Of a stretch of DNA of 64,000 bases, positions 1 to 11,014 are shown one piece after another. This DNA is from Bacteroidota bacterium (GTDB lineage: Bacteria; Bacteroidota; Ignavibacteria; UBA10030; UBA8401): NCBI GenBank assembly GCA_028749215.1, contig JAQUOA010000001.1, forward strand, positions 7,379-71,378. Direction: 5' to 3'. A program made the translations under genes and the position numbers. The number at the start of each line of letters is the position of its first letter. Within the stretch, counting starts at the first letter, position 1. The notes beneath the pieces are model-generated. The model was not told the DNA's origin. It did not search any database and saw nothing but the letters and a program-made list of their open reading frames with translations.

Positions 1-347
1 AACACCGTTACGACCACTTGTGTTTCGCAATGGTACTCATCGGGGAACATTGGTCTGATGGGACGGTCAATAAGTCTGGCAGAAAGAATTTCCTTGTCAG
101 AAGGTCGCCCTTCTCGTTTTAAGAACCCGCCGGGAATTTTTCCGGCCGCGGATAACTTTTCACGAAATTCAACCTGCAAAGGGAAATAATCAGCACCTTC
201 CTTATTTTCTTTAGCAGATACTACGGTTGCCAGAACCATGGTATCCGCATATCGAACCATGACCGCTCCATCTGCTTGTTTTGCGAAACGACCGGTTTCA
301 AATTCTAACGTATAATTTCCAACTTGCAATTCTTTTTTTACTAGCAT
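1..347 (-). CDS. pnp: Polyribonucleotide nucleotidyltransferase (PNPase), N-terminal fragment. The gene runs out of the window at coordinate 1.
   Basis: The reverse-strand translation from the ATG at 347 gives [43 protein letters not shown]...[25 protein letters not shown]. This matches the PNPase N-terminal RNase PH domain. The gene sits immediately downstream of rpsO, the classic rpsO-pnp arrangement. Confidence 0.85.
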   Translation of the reverse strand, partial: MLVKKELQVGNYTLEFETGRFAKQADGAVMVRYADTMVLATVVSAKENKEGADYFPLQVEFREKLSAAGKIPGGFLKREGRPSDKEILSARLIDRPIRPMFPDEYHCETQVVVTV

Positions 348-379
348 AGTTTTTTCTTTCAAATGAACTGATACAACAA

Positions 380-649
380 TTATTTACGGATTTCTAATTC
401 CTGAATAAGCTTTCGATAACCTTCGATATTATGTTTGATTAAATAATCAAGCAGGCGTCGGCGTTTACCAACCATTCTCAGCAATCCTACTCTTGAATGA
501 TGGTCATGTTTATGGTGATCAAAATGTTCCGACAAACTGTTGATGTTTGCGGTAAGAATTGCAATTTGAACTTCCGGCGCACCTGTATCAGAAGCTTTTT
601 TGCCAAACTTCTTTATGAATTCTTGTTTTTGTTCCTTTGTAATAGGCAT
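380..649 (-). CDS. rpsO: 30S ribosomal protein S15
   Basis: The 89-aa ORF is a typical basic S15 ([40 protein letters not shown]) and lies in the conserved infB-rbfA-truB-ribF-rpsO-pnp context. Confidence 0.95.
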   Translation of the reverse strand: MPITKEQKQEFIKKFGKKASDTGAPEVQIAILTANINSLSEHFDHHKHDHHSRVGLLRMVGKRRRLLDYLIKHNIEGYRKLIQELEIRK

Positions 650-663
650 TGCTAACTCCTTCG

Positions 664-1611
664 TTAAGATAATGGTATATAGTGTTCTAAAATTTTTTTT
701 GTTGTCACTTCATCATTTTTCATCTCGACGACAAGTTCATCGACAGAATTGAACTTCTTTTCGTCGCGAGTACGTTCGATACATTCAACCGTTACTATTT
801 CTCCATATATGTCCTTGTCAAAACTAAAGATGTTCACTTCTGTGGTTCGATCATGATGTTCGTGGAAGGTAGGATTATATCCTATGCTCATCATCCCTCC
901 GTACCAGACTCCCTCTACATGAATCTTTACGGCATATACCCCGATTTTCGGGACAAGTTTATGGGAGTTATCAATTTTTATATTTGCCGTTGGGTATCCC
1001 AATTTTTTTCCCCGTCCATGTCCACGAACAACTTCACCTGAAAAGGTATATTCAGTGCCAAGCATTCGATTTGCCAGTTCGACTTTCCCTTCATGCAACA
1101 TTTTGCGAATTTCTGAACTGCTGATATTGTTTTCGCTCTGTTTCATCATTGACAAGGTCTCGACAGAAAAGTTATTTTGTTTCCCTAAATCTACAATCTG
1201 GTTCATCCCACCTTCTCGATCTCTGCCAAGCTGGTGGTTGAAGCCTTCAATGACTTCTGAAACCCCTATTCCGTTGATAATATATTTTGAGTAAAACTCA
1301 TTCAGCGATAAACGTGAAAACTCATAGGTAAAAGGGATAATGAAAACAACATCAATCCCAAATTTTTCAAAGAACGCGAGCTTTTCTTTTAGAGTGGAAA
1401 GAATCTCTAGCTTTGAATTTCCGTTTCCAACAATTTCTTTCGGATGAGGATCAAACGTTACGACTACGCTACGCCCTTTATTTTGTCGTGCACGGTCGAT
1501 AAGCAATTTGAGAATTGCTTGATGAGCTTTATGAATTCCATCGAACATTCCGATTGAAAGAACAGAATTTTTATTATATACAACTTCTTCCAACGAACGG
1601 TAAATAATCAT
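664..1611 (-). CDS. ribF: Bifunctional riboflavin kinase / FMN adenylyltransferase
   Basis: The 315-aa ORF has the N-terminal FAD synthetase nucleotidyltransferase motif ([11 protein letters not shown]) and the C-terminal riboflavin kinase domain (GYPTANI...PTFH). Its position between truB and rpsO is conserved. Confidence 0.9.
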   Translation of the reverse strand: MIIYRSLEEVVYNKNSVLSIGMFDGIHKAHQAILKLLIDRARQNKGRSVVVTFDPHPKEIVGNGNSKLEILSTLKEKLAFFEKFGIDVVFIIPFTYEFSRLSLNEFYSKYIINGIGVSEVIEGFNHQLGRDREGGMNQIVDLGKQNNFSVETLSMMKQSENNISSSEIRKMLHEGKVELANRMLGTEYTFSGEVVRGHGRGKKLGYPTANIKIDNSHKLVPKIGVYAVKIHVEGVWYGGMMSIGYNPTFHEHHDRTTEVNIFSFDKDIYGEIVTVECIERTRDEKKFNSVDELVVEMKNDEVTTKKILEHYIPLS

Positions 1612-1614
1612 GTG

Positions 1615-2343
1615 CTAAGCAACAGTAGTCAAAAATTTATTTCGGAGTACGTGTAACTCCTCAAGTGAACAAGCGTCCTCTAATCGGTACTCGCCGATAC
1701 GAGTCCGAATTAAGTCTTTCAAATACGCACCACAGCCTAATTTTTCGCCGCAATCGTTTGCCAATGTTCGTATATATGTTCCCTTCGAGCAGACAACTTT
1801 AAACCCTACGTACGGGAGTTGAAATGATGTCATTAAAAACTCTTTTACAAAAATTTTCCGTGTTTCTCTTTCAACGACCTTTCCTTTTCTTGCATCTTTA
1901 TACAACCGGCGGCCATTTTTTTTTATTGCTGAGAACATTGGAGGGAGCTGTTGTTGTTCTCCTGTTAAAGAAAAAAAACTACTTTCAACATCTTCTCTAG
2001 TGACCTTTGTATAATCTTTTCTTTCACTGATCACGGTTTCGGAATCAAAGCTGTCTGTTTTTGCACCTAGTTCAAATGTTCCAATATATTCCTTTTCCAT
2101 TTCAGCGAATTGGTCAATCGCCTTTGTCATTTTGCCGGTGCACACAATAAGCAATCCTGTTGCTCTCGGATCCAGCGTTCCAGCATGCCCGACTTTGGCA
2201 ACTGAAAACATTGAACGGATTCTCGCGACCACATCGAACGATGTCCAACCAAACGGTTTGTTGACAAGGATGAATTCACCCTGTTCAAAATCAATGGTCT
2301 CTTTTTTCCCGATGGGTTCATACATCATCGGGTTTCTTATCAT
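1615..2343 (-). CDS. truB: tRNA pseudouridine(55) synthase
   Basis: The 242-aa ORF has TruB motifs (GFILVNKPFGWTSFDVV; HAGTLDP catalytic Asp region). The start overlaps the rbfA 3' end by 26 nt, so the true start may be one of the nearby internal Met codons. Confidence 0.9.
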   Translation of the reverse strand: MIRNPMMYEPIGKKETIDFEQGEFILVNKPFGWTSFDVVARIRSMFSVAKVGHAGTLDPRATGLLIVCTGKMTKAIDQFAEMEKEYIGTFELGAKTDSFDSETVISERKDYTKVTREDVESSFFSLTGEQQQLPPMFSAIKKNGRRLYKDARKGKVVERETRKIFVKEFLMTSFQLPYVGFKVVCSKGTYIRTLANDCGEKLGCGAYLKDLIRTRIGEYRLEDACSLEELHVLRNKFLTTVA

Positions 2344-2683
2344 TTTTGTGAATCTGTTTTATGAGCTCTTCAATATGCATGGCGTTATCGAGAGATGTAT
2401 CATGGAAAAATTCCAACGTCGGAGTAAACCGAAGAGAGATACGGGAGCTAAGAACAGACCGGTAATGGCCTTTTTGATTTTGGATATACTTCATCGTCTT
2501 TTCCTGTTTTTCAGGCGAACCCATAATGCTGACGTGAATGCGTGCAACCCGTAAATCGGGAGTCATGCGGGTTTCAGTAACGGTTGCAAATCCAAATTCT
2601 TTGCTGCCGCTAAATTCCCTGCTTAAAATGGTTCCTAATTCTTGACGAATAAGCGATGCCACTCGTTCCGTTCTGATCGACAT
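2318..2683 (-). CDS. rbfA: Ribosome-binding factor A
   Basis: The 121-aa ORF lies directly downstream of infB with a 1-nt overlap. It has an RbfA-like KH fold signature (RVASLIRQELGTIL...VTETRMTPDLRVARI). Confidence 0.9.
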   Translation of the reverse strand: MSIRTERVASLIRQELGTILSREFSGSKEFGFATVTETRMTPDLRVARIHVSIMGSPEKQEKTMKYIQNQKGHYRSVLSSRISLRFTPTLEFFHDTSLDNAMHIEELIKQIHKNDKKPDDV

Positions 2684-5316
2684 TACACTAATTTCCGTTT
2701 TGTTTCTACCAATTTATAGGCTTCGATAACATCGCCCACTTTAACATCATTGAAGTTTTCTAAACCGATGCCGCACTCAAATCCTTTTTCAACTTCTTTC
2801 ACATCATCTTTAAATCTTCTAAGCGATGCAAGCGTTCCTTCAAAAATTGAAACGCCATCTCGAAGGAGGCGGACTTTATTATTTCTCACAATTTTTCCGT
2901 CAGTCACAAAACATCCGGCGACTAAACCAACTTTGGGTACTTTAAAGATATCGCGAACTTCTATTGTCGCCGTTACTTCTTCAGTCACGGTTGGAGCAAG
3001 AAGTCCTTCAAGGGCATTCTTAATTTCATTGATAGCATCGTAGATGATGTTATACAAACGAATATCTACTTTTTCATTTTCTGCAAGTCGGCGCGCATTA
3101 AGGTTTGGGCGAACATGAAATCCAATAATAATAGCCCGCGACGCCGCCGCCAGCAATACATCTGATTCAGAAATTGCCCCGACGGCTTTGTGAATAACAT
3201 TAATTTTTACTTCACTGGTGGAAAGCTTCATGAGAGAATCAGCCAATGCTTCCACTGATCCATCCACATCACCTTTAACGACAATCGACAGTTCCTGTAA
3301 TTTTTGACCGGCTTGTATCTGTTCGGAAATTTCATCAAGTGTAACAAAACGAACTTGTCTGAAATCTTGTTCACGTTTTAACTGCTGACGTTTCAAACTA
3401 ATTTCGCGGGCAATGCGATCTGATTCTACGATAATAAATTGATCACCTGCCGTGGGGATACCATCAAACCCAATTAACTGTACCGGCGTCGAAGGTCCGG
3501 CGCTTTCGCCTCGCTTACCTCGTTCATCAAACATTGCTTTCACACGGCCGCTGTAAATGCCTGCAATAAATGGATCGCCGATACGCAATGTTCCTTTTTG
3601 CACTAATACTGTGGCGACGGTGCCTTTTCCTTTATCAACTTGGGCTTCAACGACAGCGCCGCGCGCCAACCTGTCTGGGTTTGCTTTAAGATCAAGAACT
3701 TCCGCTTCGAGCAAAATCTTTTCGAGCAGGAGGTCCATATTTTTTCCGCTTTTGGCAGAAACTTCTACCGATTGATATTTTCCACCCCACTCTTCGACCA
3801 ATACACCTCTTTCAGAAAGCTGCTGTCGTATTCTATCCGGGTTGGCTTCTGGTTTATCAATTTTATTGATGGCAATAATAATCGGAACATTGGCAGCCTT
3901 AGCGTGGCTGATTGCTTCGATAGTTTGGGGCATCACGTTGTCTTCAGCAGCCACAACGAGAACGACAATATCGGTCAACTGAGCGCCGCGAGCGCGCATA
4001 GCGGTGAAAGCTTCGTGCCCGGGTGTATCAAGAAACGTAATGGATTTTCCATTCGGACTCACGACCTCGTACGCACCGATATGCTGAGTAATACCGCCAG
4101 ATTCGCCAGCAACGACATTCGCATTACGAATGTAATCCAACAACGACGTCTTGCCATGATCAACATGTCCCATGACAGTTACGACAGGCGGACGTTGCTT
4201 CAATTCATCTTCTTCGTCGACAACGTCTTCAAGAATATCGACGGTAAATTCATTTTCAAATTCTACTTGCTTTCCGAACTCATCCGCGAGCAAAATAATT
4301 GTATCTTTATCAAGTCGCTGATTGATCGACACCATCATGCCGAGACTGATGCATTTTGCAATTACTTCAGCCGCTGTTATCTTCATCAAATTCGCAATTT
4401 CACCCACCGTCACAAATTCCGTTACATGCAGCTTGCTTGCTTCTAGAGCTTTGGCTTCATCTTGCAATGCTTGCTGTTCTTCACGTTCTTTCTTTTTTCG
4501 TTTCCTATTTGCAGCGCGGCTGCTAATGACAGTTTCAGCGTCGTCTATTTCAGCAAGAGTCCTCTTAATTGTTTCAGCAACTTCACCTTGGTCGATTTCG
4601 TACGGACGAAGCTTTCCTTTTTTCTTTTTCTTTTTCTGAATTTCCTCTTCAGTTTCTACTTCTTTAACTTCTTTACCTTTTTCAGAGGAAACTTTCTTTT
4701 TCTTCTTTTTCTTCTTCTTAAGATCATCACCTTCAGCTGCTACAGGCTGTGGTTTCGCGTCGCTCTTTTTTACTTCCTTTTTCGGTTTGACCAGCTCCAT
4801 CTTACCTTTAACAGTCAAACCTTTCATCTGGGAGGCTCTATTTGCACGCAATGCTTCTAATGGCGACCGAGACTTTGTCTCTTCGGTCACTTGTTCTTCA
4901 TGGATTTCAGGCTGCATATCAACCGTTTTGACGCCTACATCTTCTTTTGCAATTTCCTTCGTATCTGCTTTTACAATGGTTTGCTGCGCAGAAGTATCTT
5001 CCGCCACGACCACTTCGGTTTCTTTTGCATCTTCGGAGACCGGACTATCTTCTTCTTCATCTTTCTTTACATCAGTTGACCGTCGGCGTGTTTCTTTTAT
5101 TTCAGCAAGCTTGCGCTGATGACGGTCGGCAGTGTCCTTTTCTTTCTTAAAATGAGACATTAGATCGCGAATCATTGTATCATCAAGTGAAGACATCAAT
5201 GATTTTACAGAGCTGTGTCCTTTTTTATTCAAAAAGGCAACGACATCATTATGACTGATGTTCAACTCTTTTGCTACGTCTTTAACTTTTATTTTTTTCG
5301 TTGCTGTTTCGGACAT
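2683..5316 (-). CDS. infB: Translation initiation factor IF-2
   Basis: The 877-aa ORF has a GTPase G domain ([29 protein letters not shown]) and IF-2 C-terminal domains. A Lys/Glu-rich low-complexity N-terminal linker contains K9 and K7 runs. Confidence 0.97.
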   Translation of the reverse strand: MSETATKKIKVKDVAKELNISHNDVVAFLNKKGHSSVKSLMSSLDDTMIRDLMSHFKKEKDTADRHQRKLAEIKETRRRSTDVKKDEEEDSPVSEDAKETEVVVAEDTSAQQTIVKADTKEIAKEDVGVKTVDMQPEIHEEQVTEETKSRSPLEALRANRASQMKGLTVKGKMELVKPKKEVKKSDAKPQPVAAEGDDLKKKKKKKKKVSSEKGKEVKEVETEEEIQKKKKKKGKLRPYEIDQGEVAETIKRTLAEIDDAETVISSRAANRKRKKKEREEQQALQDEAKALEASKLHVTEFVTVGEIANLMKITAAEVIAKCISLGMMVSINQRLDKDTIILLADEFGKQVEFENEFTVDILEDVVDEEDELKQRPPVVTVMGHVDHGKTSLLDYIRNANVVAGESGGITQHIGAYEVVSPNGKSITFLDTPGHEAFTAMRARGAQLTDIVVLVVAAEDNVMPQTIEAISHAKAANVPIIIAINKIDKPEANPDRIRQQLSERGVLVEEWGGKYQSVEVSAKSGKNMDLLLEKILLEAEVLDLKANPDRLARGAVVEAQVDKGKGTVATVLVQKGTLRIGDPFIAGIYSGRVKAMFDERGKRGESAGPSTPVQLIGFDGIPTAGDQFIIVESDRIAREISLKRQQLKREQDFRQVRFVTLDEISEQIQAGQKLQELSIVVKGDVDGSVEALADSLMKLSTSEVKINVIHKAVGAISESDVLLAAASRAIIIGFHVRPNLNARRLAENEKVDIRLYNIIYDAINEIKNALEGLLAPTVTEEVTATIEVRDIFKVPKVGLVAGCFVTDGKIVRNNKVRLLRDGVSIFEGTLASLRRFKDDVKEVEKGFECGIGLENFNDVKVGDVIEAYKLVETKRKLV

Positions 5317-5343
5317 TGAAATCTTTCTGATTTAACGAATGCG

Positions 5344-6627
5344 TTATGATGATGATTTATCTGCCGAATGTTGTTTTGGGTCAGCATCATCGTCATCAAC
5401 GTCGGCTTCTTCGTATTCTTTTTTAATTAAAGCAACAAGTTCGTTCAATTTTTCTTCATCAATACCGATTTCATCGATAAGATCGGCGATATCTGCCTCC
5501 ATCACTTCCTTGGCAGTTTCATATCCCGCTTCAAGAAACTTATGATACACCTCTTCTCCGAGCTCTTCTTTAAACTCAGCCAGGTCGATATCGTATTCGC
5601 TTCCTTCTTTCACAAGCTGAATTTCATATTCCGTCAACTTACTGGCCAGGCGAATATTCTGTCCCCCCTTTCCAATTGCCATTGATACCTGATCTTCGGC
5701 AACAGTGACAACGGCTTTTTTATTCTCTTTATCAAGATCAACATTTTTTAATTTCGCGGGTGCTAGTGCCCGTGTAAGAAATACTAAAGGATCACTGCTG
5801 TAGTTGATAACGTCGATATTCTCATTGTTCAATTCACGCACGATAGCATGAATACGGACACCTTTCATACCAACGCAGGCACCGACTGCATCAATTCTGT
5901 CATCAGAAGATTCTACAGCAATTTTTGCTCTCTCGCCGGGTTCACGGGCAATACTTTTAATGTCAATAATACCGTCGTATACTTCCGGAATCTCAAGTTC
6001 AAATAACCGTTCAAGAAAACGAGGGTCAGTTCGAGATACAACGACCACCGGGTTGCTGGTATTTTTTCGCACTTCTTTTACAATGCCACGGACTGTATCT
6101 CCTTTTTTAAAGCGTTCTTTGGGAATTTGCTCGCCGCGCGGAAGAAGTAATTCATTTTTATTATGCATGATCAGCAAATCGTTATTGCGAATTTGATATA
6201 CTTCGCCGACGACGATTTCACCAACCGAGTTTGAATACTCGCTGTAAATTAATTCTTTTTCAATTTCTTTAATTCGCTGCGTAAAATTCTGTTTTGCTGT
6301 CGTCACGAGGCGGCGGCCAAACTGGGCCAAAGGAATGATCTCGACATATTCCTCACCCGCTTCCAGCTCTTCGCCAGAAAGTTTTTGCGCAGTCTCTACA
6401 TCAATTTGTGTATTCGGATTTTCAACTGTTTCTACCACTGCACGTTCAAGATAAATTTCTATGTCGCCCTTATCCATATTGACAACAACATCAAATTTTG
6501 CATCAAGGCCGTATTTTTTCCGCACCATCATTCCAAAAATATCTTCAACAATGCCAGCAAGGATGTCCTTGTCGATGCTTTTATCCCGCACCAACCCTGA
6601 AAAAGATTCAACAATCTCGTGATTCAT
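5344..6627 (-). CDS. nusA: Transcription termination/antitermination factor NusA
   Basis: The 427-aa ORF has S1 and KH domains, an acidic C-terminal tail, and sits upstream of infB. Confidence 0.95.
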   Translation of the reverse strand: MNHEIVESFSGLVRDKSIDKDILAGIVEDIFGMMVRKKYGLDAKFDVVVNMDKGDIEIYLERAVVETVENPNTQIDVETAQKLSGEELEAGEEYVEIIPLAQFGRRLVTTAKQNFTQRIKEIEKELIYSEYSNSVGEIVVGEVYQIRNNDLLIMHNKNELLLPRGEQIPKERFKKGDTVRGIVKEVRKNTSNPVVVVSRTDPRFLERLFELEIPEVYDGIIDIKSIAREPGERAKIAVESSDDRIDAVGACVGMKGVRIHAIVRELNNENIDVINYSSDPLVFLTRALAPAKLKNVDLDKENKKAVVTVAEDQVSMAIGKGGQNIRLASKLTEYEIQLVKEGSEYDIDLAEFKEELGEEVYHKFLEAGYETAKEVMEADIADLIDEIGIDEEKLNELVALIKKEYEEADVDDDDADPKQHSADKSSS

Positions 6628-6648
6628 TGCAATTCTCCAAATAGTAAA

Positions 6649-7113
6649 TCAAAAATGCTTCATCTGAGGGATGATGTACGTTTCAACGATGTCGTTGAAC
6701 TGAATTTCATATTTTCCCCCAGATTTTGAAATTAAAATAGTATGTTGTCGTGTTTCTTCTAAAATTCCTTCTTGAACTATTTTTACTCCGTTGTTCATCC
6801 AAGTAACTTTACACAACCGTCCGATGTTTTTTTGATACTGTCGCAATAACTTTAACGGCCGGTTTAAACCGGGTGATGAAACGTCCAACCGGTATCGTCC
6901 TTGTATCAAATTAGTTTCGTCAAGAGATGTCGACAGCTCTCGGCTGATGAGCGAACATTCCTCAAGAGAAATCCCCTTATCCGAATCAACATACAGTTCA
7001 ACAACTTTGCTGGAACGCTCGCCGCGAACAACAATGTCAACAAGAAATGCATTGCAGCGCTCAACAATCGGTGAAACAATTTCGTGCAGTTTTTCGGCTA
7101 AAATTGAAGGCAT
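6649..7113 (-). CDS. rimP: Ribosome maturation factor RimP
   Basis: The 154-aa ORF sits immediately upstream of nusA, the conserved rimP-nusA-infB operon head. It has a RimP-like N-terminal region. Confidence 0.85.
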   Translation of the reverse strand: MPSILAEKLHEIVSPIVERCNAFLVDIVVRGERSSKVVELYVDSDKGISLEECSLISRELSTSLDETNLIQGRYRLDVSSPGLNRPLKLLRQYQKNIGRLCKVTWMNNGVKIVQEGILEETRQHTILISKSGGKYEIQFNDIVETYIIPQMKHF

Positions 7114-7123
7114 ATACTTGTTA

Positions 7124-7156
7124 TCAAAAAAAAGTCCCGCAATTGAGGCGGGACTT
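7124..7156 (-). terminator. Rho-independent terminator downstream of the 1164-aa OMP gene. It also lies just upstream of the rimP start.
   Basis: A GC-rich stem agtcccgc/gcgggact (7133-7140 / 7148-7155) with a 7-nt loop is followed on the minus-strand transcript by a 9-nt U run (the + strand A run at 7124-7132). Confidence 0.6.
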
Positions 7157-7205
7157 TGACTGCAATAATATACAGAACTTCATTTGTATTAGCAAGAAAT
7201 AATAG

Positions 7206-10200
7206 TCAGAAAAACGCCCTTACTTCCATCCTGCCATTGTGAATGACAGCACCACGCGAGGTAGTTCTACCTGTATATTGTAACGAAAATTGAACGTTGC
7301 CGCCGATTTTATATTCCGACGTAACGCTCCACAAATAATTTTTCCCTTGCTCTTTTCCGCTGATAAGTTCATACGGTGGAACATAATTTACAGGCTGAGT
7401 AAAAATAATAATTTCTTCGCGAGAAAATTCTGCACGCAGCTGTCCATTTCCCTGAAAAGCGACAACGGTGCGAAGAGTTTGCCCGTTAAACGAAGCAGTC
7501 ACCGGCTTTGCAGCAAATCCGTCTTCCGCCTGACTTGTTTCAAGCTTAAATCCAAGTTCAAGATTTTGTTCCGGACGATAAGAGAAATCTGTACTCAGCA
7601 AGCTGCTTTGTATCTGTCTTGGCTGATTAATAAGGGATGCTGATAACGCATTATCATCTTTAAACACAACATCGGTTTGATTTGAGATATCATTGGCAAC
7701 TTGAAATCGGCTGCGAATGGAACGTTCTCTTGAATAATTCCATTCACCTCCTGTTGAATATTGACTCAACCCTTTTCTTTGGTTAAAGCGAAACCGAAAT
7801 GAATAATCGGGATTGTTTTCAAACAAAAATAAATCTTGTTGCGCAAATTGGGACCCGATCAACGTTGTCGCAGGGTTAAGGAAGTGCGTAAAGTTTAAAT
7901 AGTAGATATATTCAGTTTTTGGTTCGGTGCTTCGTTCTTCTATTCTCACAAAAGTTTCAGTTGAAAAAACAGAAAGAAATTTTTCCACTGGCGCTGATGC
8001 ATTTTTAATGATCCGTGCCGGAGAAATTTTTACTCGAGTTGAGGATTTGAGATTGATAATGGGAATCAAAGATTCACTATTCAATGCAATCGCATTGTAT
8101 TCGCCATCATATCGATCTGGCCGAAATTCCCGTTCGTCATCAAGATCTACAACACCATTACCATTGGCATCAAACCATACGTATTGCCCTTCCCCTTTTC
8201 TGACTTTATAGAATACACGTTCTAATTTTGCAGTCCGCTGCGTTGCCGCATCGTAGTAAAGATCAAGATCAACACCTTGTGAAAATGGACGATACCGTGA
8301 CTGAATTTTAATTAATGTTGTCTGTTGATTGATGTTATTTGCTTGAAACTCTTTTTCAAATTTTTTATCTCGTAGTGTCATCGATGAGGATGCCGTAAAG
8401 TCTTTGATTTCCCTGACAGATAAAACGTACGATTGCGTAAAAGCACGTGCCTGTGGAACGAGATTTCCGAGATAGACGCTGTTATCATTTCGCCATTCAA
8501 CTTCAGCAGAGACATCTACTTTGGACAAATTTGTAAGAGAAAGCTTAGGTGCATAGAGTGAATAGGCATAGCTTGAAAATGTGAGCGAATCAATACTTTC
8601 TTGCCGAACAATACGTTTTTCCTCTTCTAGTCTTAGCGTAGGAGTAAAATATCCAAAAGTATATTCGGTTATGCCTTTATGACGAAACCAATCGGTGGCA
8701 AGCTGAAAAGGTTTTTCTTTCCCGTAAATTTGTTCGATGGAGTATGAAAGAGTTGGATAATTATTCTTTTTAATTTCCACTATACCATCATACCTTCTGG
8801 AAGAAAATTGTGAAGCTCTTTCTAATGTACCAATACTTGACCCTATGGAAACTCCATCAGAGGGGGAATAATAAAATTTTCCTTCACGAATTTCCTCGGA
8901 TGAATTTCCAGTTGAAGAAAGACTATCTGTACTCCACTTTCTTCCAAACTCAACCATATCAGTTCGGTCCAAACTTAAAAAGTTTTTTTCTTTGTATCTC
9001 TCAAAAAATGAAACGTCGATTGAGCCGATGTTTGTTTGCCCAAGAAAAATATTTTTGGGACTGTATTCAAGCAACAATTTTGCGGCACCACCATTATTTG
9101 CATTATCGCCAATTGGCGATAACCTGTTTTGATCGAAACTGCTCGCTGCAAACTCTCCATTGAATACCACGTTTTGCAACGGTGTTATCGAGCTTTGAAG
9201 TGAATAGAGTTGATGGAGCTGGGGTGAGGGTAAAATAATGAGAGGGGCATACTGCCCATTTTTTACTCCAACAAATTTATACCTGCCGATTCCTTCACGA
9301 ACATACCCCCCATTGCCCTGTCCAACATTTGAAAATGAGATAGAATAAATTGCAGACGGTGTACCAATTTCGTATTGATAGTACCGAACGGAATTTCCAT
9401 CGATGATTGTATCAATTGCGGTGTAATTACCTTTTCCAATTCCCAGGGAGTCAGTTCCAACCGTAAGAACACCGGATTTTGTCGCAAGCGAATTTCCGGC
9501 ATGTGCAAGAATAGATTTGTCATCGCTGGTCAAGGAAATGTCAATTGGTGAATCGGGGTCATCACCTTCGCGAAAATATCCTGTCTGTACAGAAATATCT
9601 TTTGAAATATTTGTTGATGCGGCCGTTCCAAAAAAATTGCGTGTAAATTGCCTGTCGGAATATTCAAAATCAACAACAATTCGAGATACGCTGGTGATTA
9701 ATCTCTTTGTTGAAAACGTAACTTCGGCACTACCGTAGTCAATTGAGTAATCATTGTTCTCCCCACGTATCATTAGCTCACCATCAATATATACTTTTTC
9801 AGTGCCCGCAATAATGATAATAGTTCGTTCATTATTTTTTCCCGTTAAACGATACGGACCTTGAATTCCTTCAATGCCGGGAAATTGATTCGTTTGAAAT
9901 TTCCCTTTCGTCGTAGCCCCTACAATTCCGACTTGGGTTTGCGGTGAAATGGATTGATACTCGGCAGAAATTTTAGCTCCTTGTAATTTTCTATTAACGT
10001 TTACAAATTCACTTTTTGAAGAAACAAATTGAAAATCACCAAGCGTTGCCGTGTAGGTCGGACTTTTTATTTCTACAAAAATATTATCAATCTCCTGCAG
10101 CGTTTGAGTATTTCCCTGGGGTTGGATTGGTGTGTTCTCATCGGTCAAGGCGGCGAGGATATCAATATCGTTTGAAATTTTTCCTGCTAATTGTAAACGA

Positions 10201-10700
10201 AAACCTGAATTGAGTGTAAGATCGCGATTCGATCCAATTGAAAATCCGCGAGTTATTGAACCGCTTTTCGAAAGTTCTGGTCCGAAAATATTGCTAAAAA
10301 CACCTTCCGATTGTGTAACGACGGCATGTCTTTTCTTTAGATTTGTGCTATCCACTTTGAAGACTAATGACCGTAGACTATACGACGGCTTAAGATTAAA
10401 AGAAAGGTACTGATAAGAAACGAAAATGGTTTTACCTCTCATCTTCACCGAAGAATCGTTTTCTACCGATATCGTGTTTGTCGATTTTTGGTACGTAAAT
10501 CTTTGCAGAGGAAGAGAATCGATTGTGAGTTTGATGCTTGAATCAAAAATAAAATTTTTTGATAAGCTAAAAGTATAAACTTGAAGGAGACTATCGGAAA
10601 CAAGAAAAGAATCTGATTGAAAAGATGATGTTACTTGGGCCTGAGCGCAGGTATATACAAGTGTAACTATGAAAATTCTTTTTACTATTGATTTAGACAT
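7206..10700 (-). CDS. Large predicted outer-membrane beta-barrel protein (1164 aa), family unknown
   Basis: There is an N-terminal signal peptide (MSKSIVKRIFIVTLVYTCAQAQ). The sequence has long alternating amphipathic beta-strand-like composition rich in S/T/N/Y/G/F and a C-terminal aromatic end (...RMEVRAFF), typical of OMP barrels. I do not recognise the family. Confidence 0.6.
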   Translation of the reverse strand: MSKSIVKRIFIVTLVYTCAQAQVTSSFQSDSFLVSDSLLQVYTFSLSKNFIFDSSIKLTIDSLPLQRFTYQKSTNTISVENDSSVKMRGKTIFVSYQYLSFNLKPSYSLRSLVFKVDSTNLKKRHAVVTQSEGVFSNIFGPELSKSGSITRGFSIGSNRDLTLNSGFRLQLAGKISNDIDILAALTDENTPIQPQGNTQTLQEIDNIFVEIKSPTYTATLGDFQFVSSKSEFVNVNRKLQGAKISAEYQSISPQTQVGIVGATTKGKFQTNQFPGIEGIQGPYRLTGKNNERTIIIIAGTEKVYIDGELMIRGENNDYSIDYGSAEVTFSTKRLITSVSRIVVDFEYSDRQFTRNFFGTAASTNISKDISVQTGYFREGDDPDSPIDISLTSDDKSILAHAGNSLATKSGVLTVGTDSLGIGKGNYTAIDTIIDGNSVRYYQYEIGTPSAIYSISFSNVGQGNGGYVREGIGRYKFVGVKNGQYAPLIILPSPQLHQLYSLQSSITPLQNVVFNGEFAASSFDQNRLSPIGDNANNGGAAKLLLEYSPKNIFLGQTNIGSIDVSFFERYKEKNFLSLDRTDMVEFGRKWSTDSLSSTGNSSEEIREGKFYYSPSDGVSIGSSIGTLERASQFSSRRYDGIVEIKKNNYPTLSYSIEQIYGKEKPFQLATDWFRHKGITEYTFGYFTPTLRLEEEKRIVRQESIDSLTFSSYAYSLYAPKLSLTNLSKVDVSAEVEWRNDNSVYLGNLVPQARAFTQSYVLSVREIKDFTASSSMTLRDKKFEKEFQANNINQQTTLIKIQSRYRPFSQGVDLDLYYDAATQRTAKLERVFYKVRKGEGQYVWFDANGNGVVDLDDEREFRPDRYDGEYNAIALNSESLIPIINLKSSTRVKISPARIIKNASAPVEKFLSVFSTETFVRIEERSTEPKTEYIYYLNFTHFLNPATTLIGSQFAQQDLFLFENNPDYSFRFRFNQRKGLSQYSTGGEWNYSRERSIRSRFQVANDISNQTDVVFKDDNALSASLINQPRQIQSSLLSTDFSYRPEQNLELGFKLETSQAEDGFAAKPVTASFNGQTLRTVVAFQGNGQLRAEFSREEIIIFTQPVNYVPPYELISGKEQGKNYLWSVTSEYKIGGNVQFSLQYTGRTTSRGAVIHNGRMEVRAFF

Positions 10701-10760
10701 CGTGTTGGTTATTCATCGACAATAGTAAAAAGTTACATCAAACCTCCATCAAATAAAATG

Positions 10761-10795
10761 AAAAAGTCATCACGCTGAAAACGGATGACTTTTTG
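10761..10795. terminator. Hairpin with flanking A and T runs between tRNA-Leu and the 1164-aa OMP gene. It is a likely terminator for the tRNA transcript.
   Basis: The sequence aaaaagtcatc-acgctgaaaacg-gatgactttttg has an 8-bp stem (aagtcatc/gatgactt) flanked by A5 and T5. Confidence 0.45.
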
Positions 10796-10880
10796 TGCCG
10801 AAAGTCGGACTCGAACCGACACTCCTTTAAGGGGAACTGGATTTTGAGTCCAGCGCGTCTACCAATTCCGCCATTTCGGC
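10796..10880 (-). tRNA. tRNA-Leu (anticodon CAA)
   Basis: The reverse complement reads GCCGAAATGGCGGAATTGGTAGACGCGCTGGACTCAAAATCCAG...long variable arm...GGTTCGAGTCCGACTTTCGGCA. It has a D-loop, the anticodon loop CTCAAAA, a long extra arm typical of Leu, and T-arm GGTTCGAGTCC. Confidence 0.9.
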
Positions 10881-10954
10881 TTGGACATATCTAATATATA
10901 AAAAATGAAATAAGTTTCCAATCCCCTTTTTTGTCCACAAGTATAAAGAAGCGA

Positions 10955-11008
10955 AAACAAAAAAACAATGAAAAGATACCCGCTGTATTTTACCACACCG
11001 GGTATCTC
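10955..11008 (-). terminator. Rho-independent terminator downstream of the TonB-dependent receptor gene
   Basis: A 9-bp stem agatacccg/cgggtatct (10974-10982 / 10999-11007) is followed on the minus-strand transcript by a T-rich tract (tttcattgtttttttgtttt). Confidence 0.5.
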
Positions 11009-11014
11009 TTGCAC

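Noticed and set aside
3557-5150. Several plus-strand ORFs (for example 3640-4446, 4322-4639, 4462-4860, 4787-5119) that lie antisense to infB
   Set aside because: They are low-complexity and Phe/Ser/Leu-rich, mirror images of the Lys/Glu-rich IF-2 linker. They lie fully inside a certain, conserved gene. They are spurious antisense frames.
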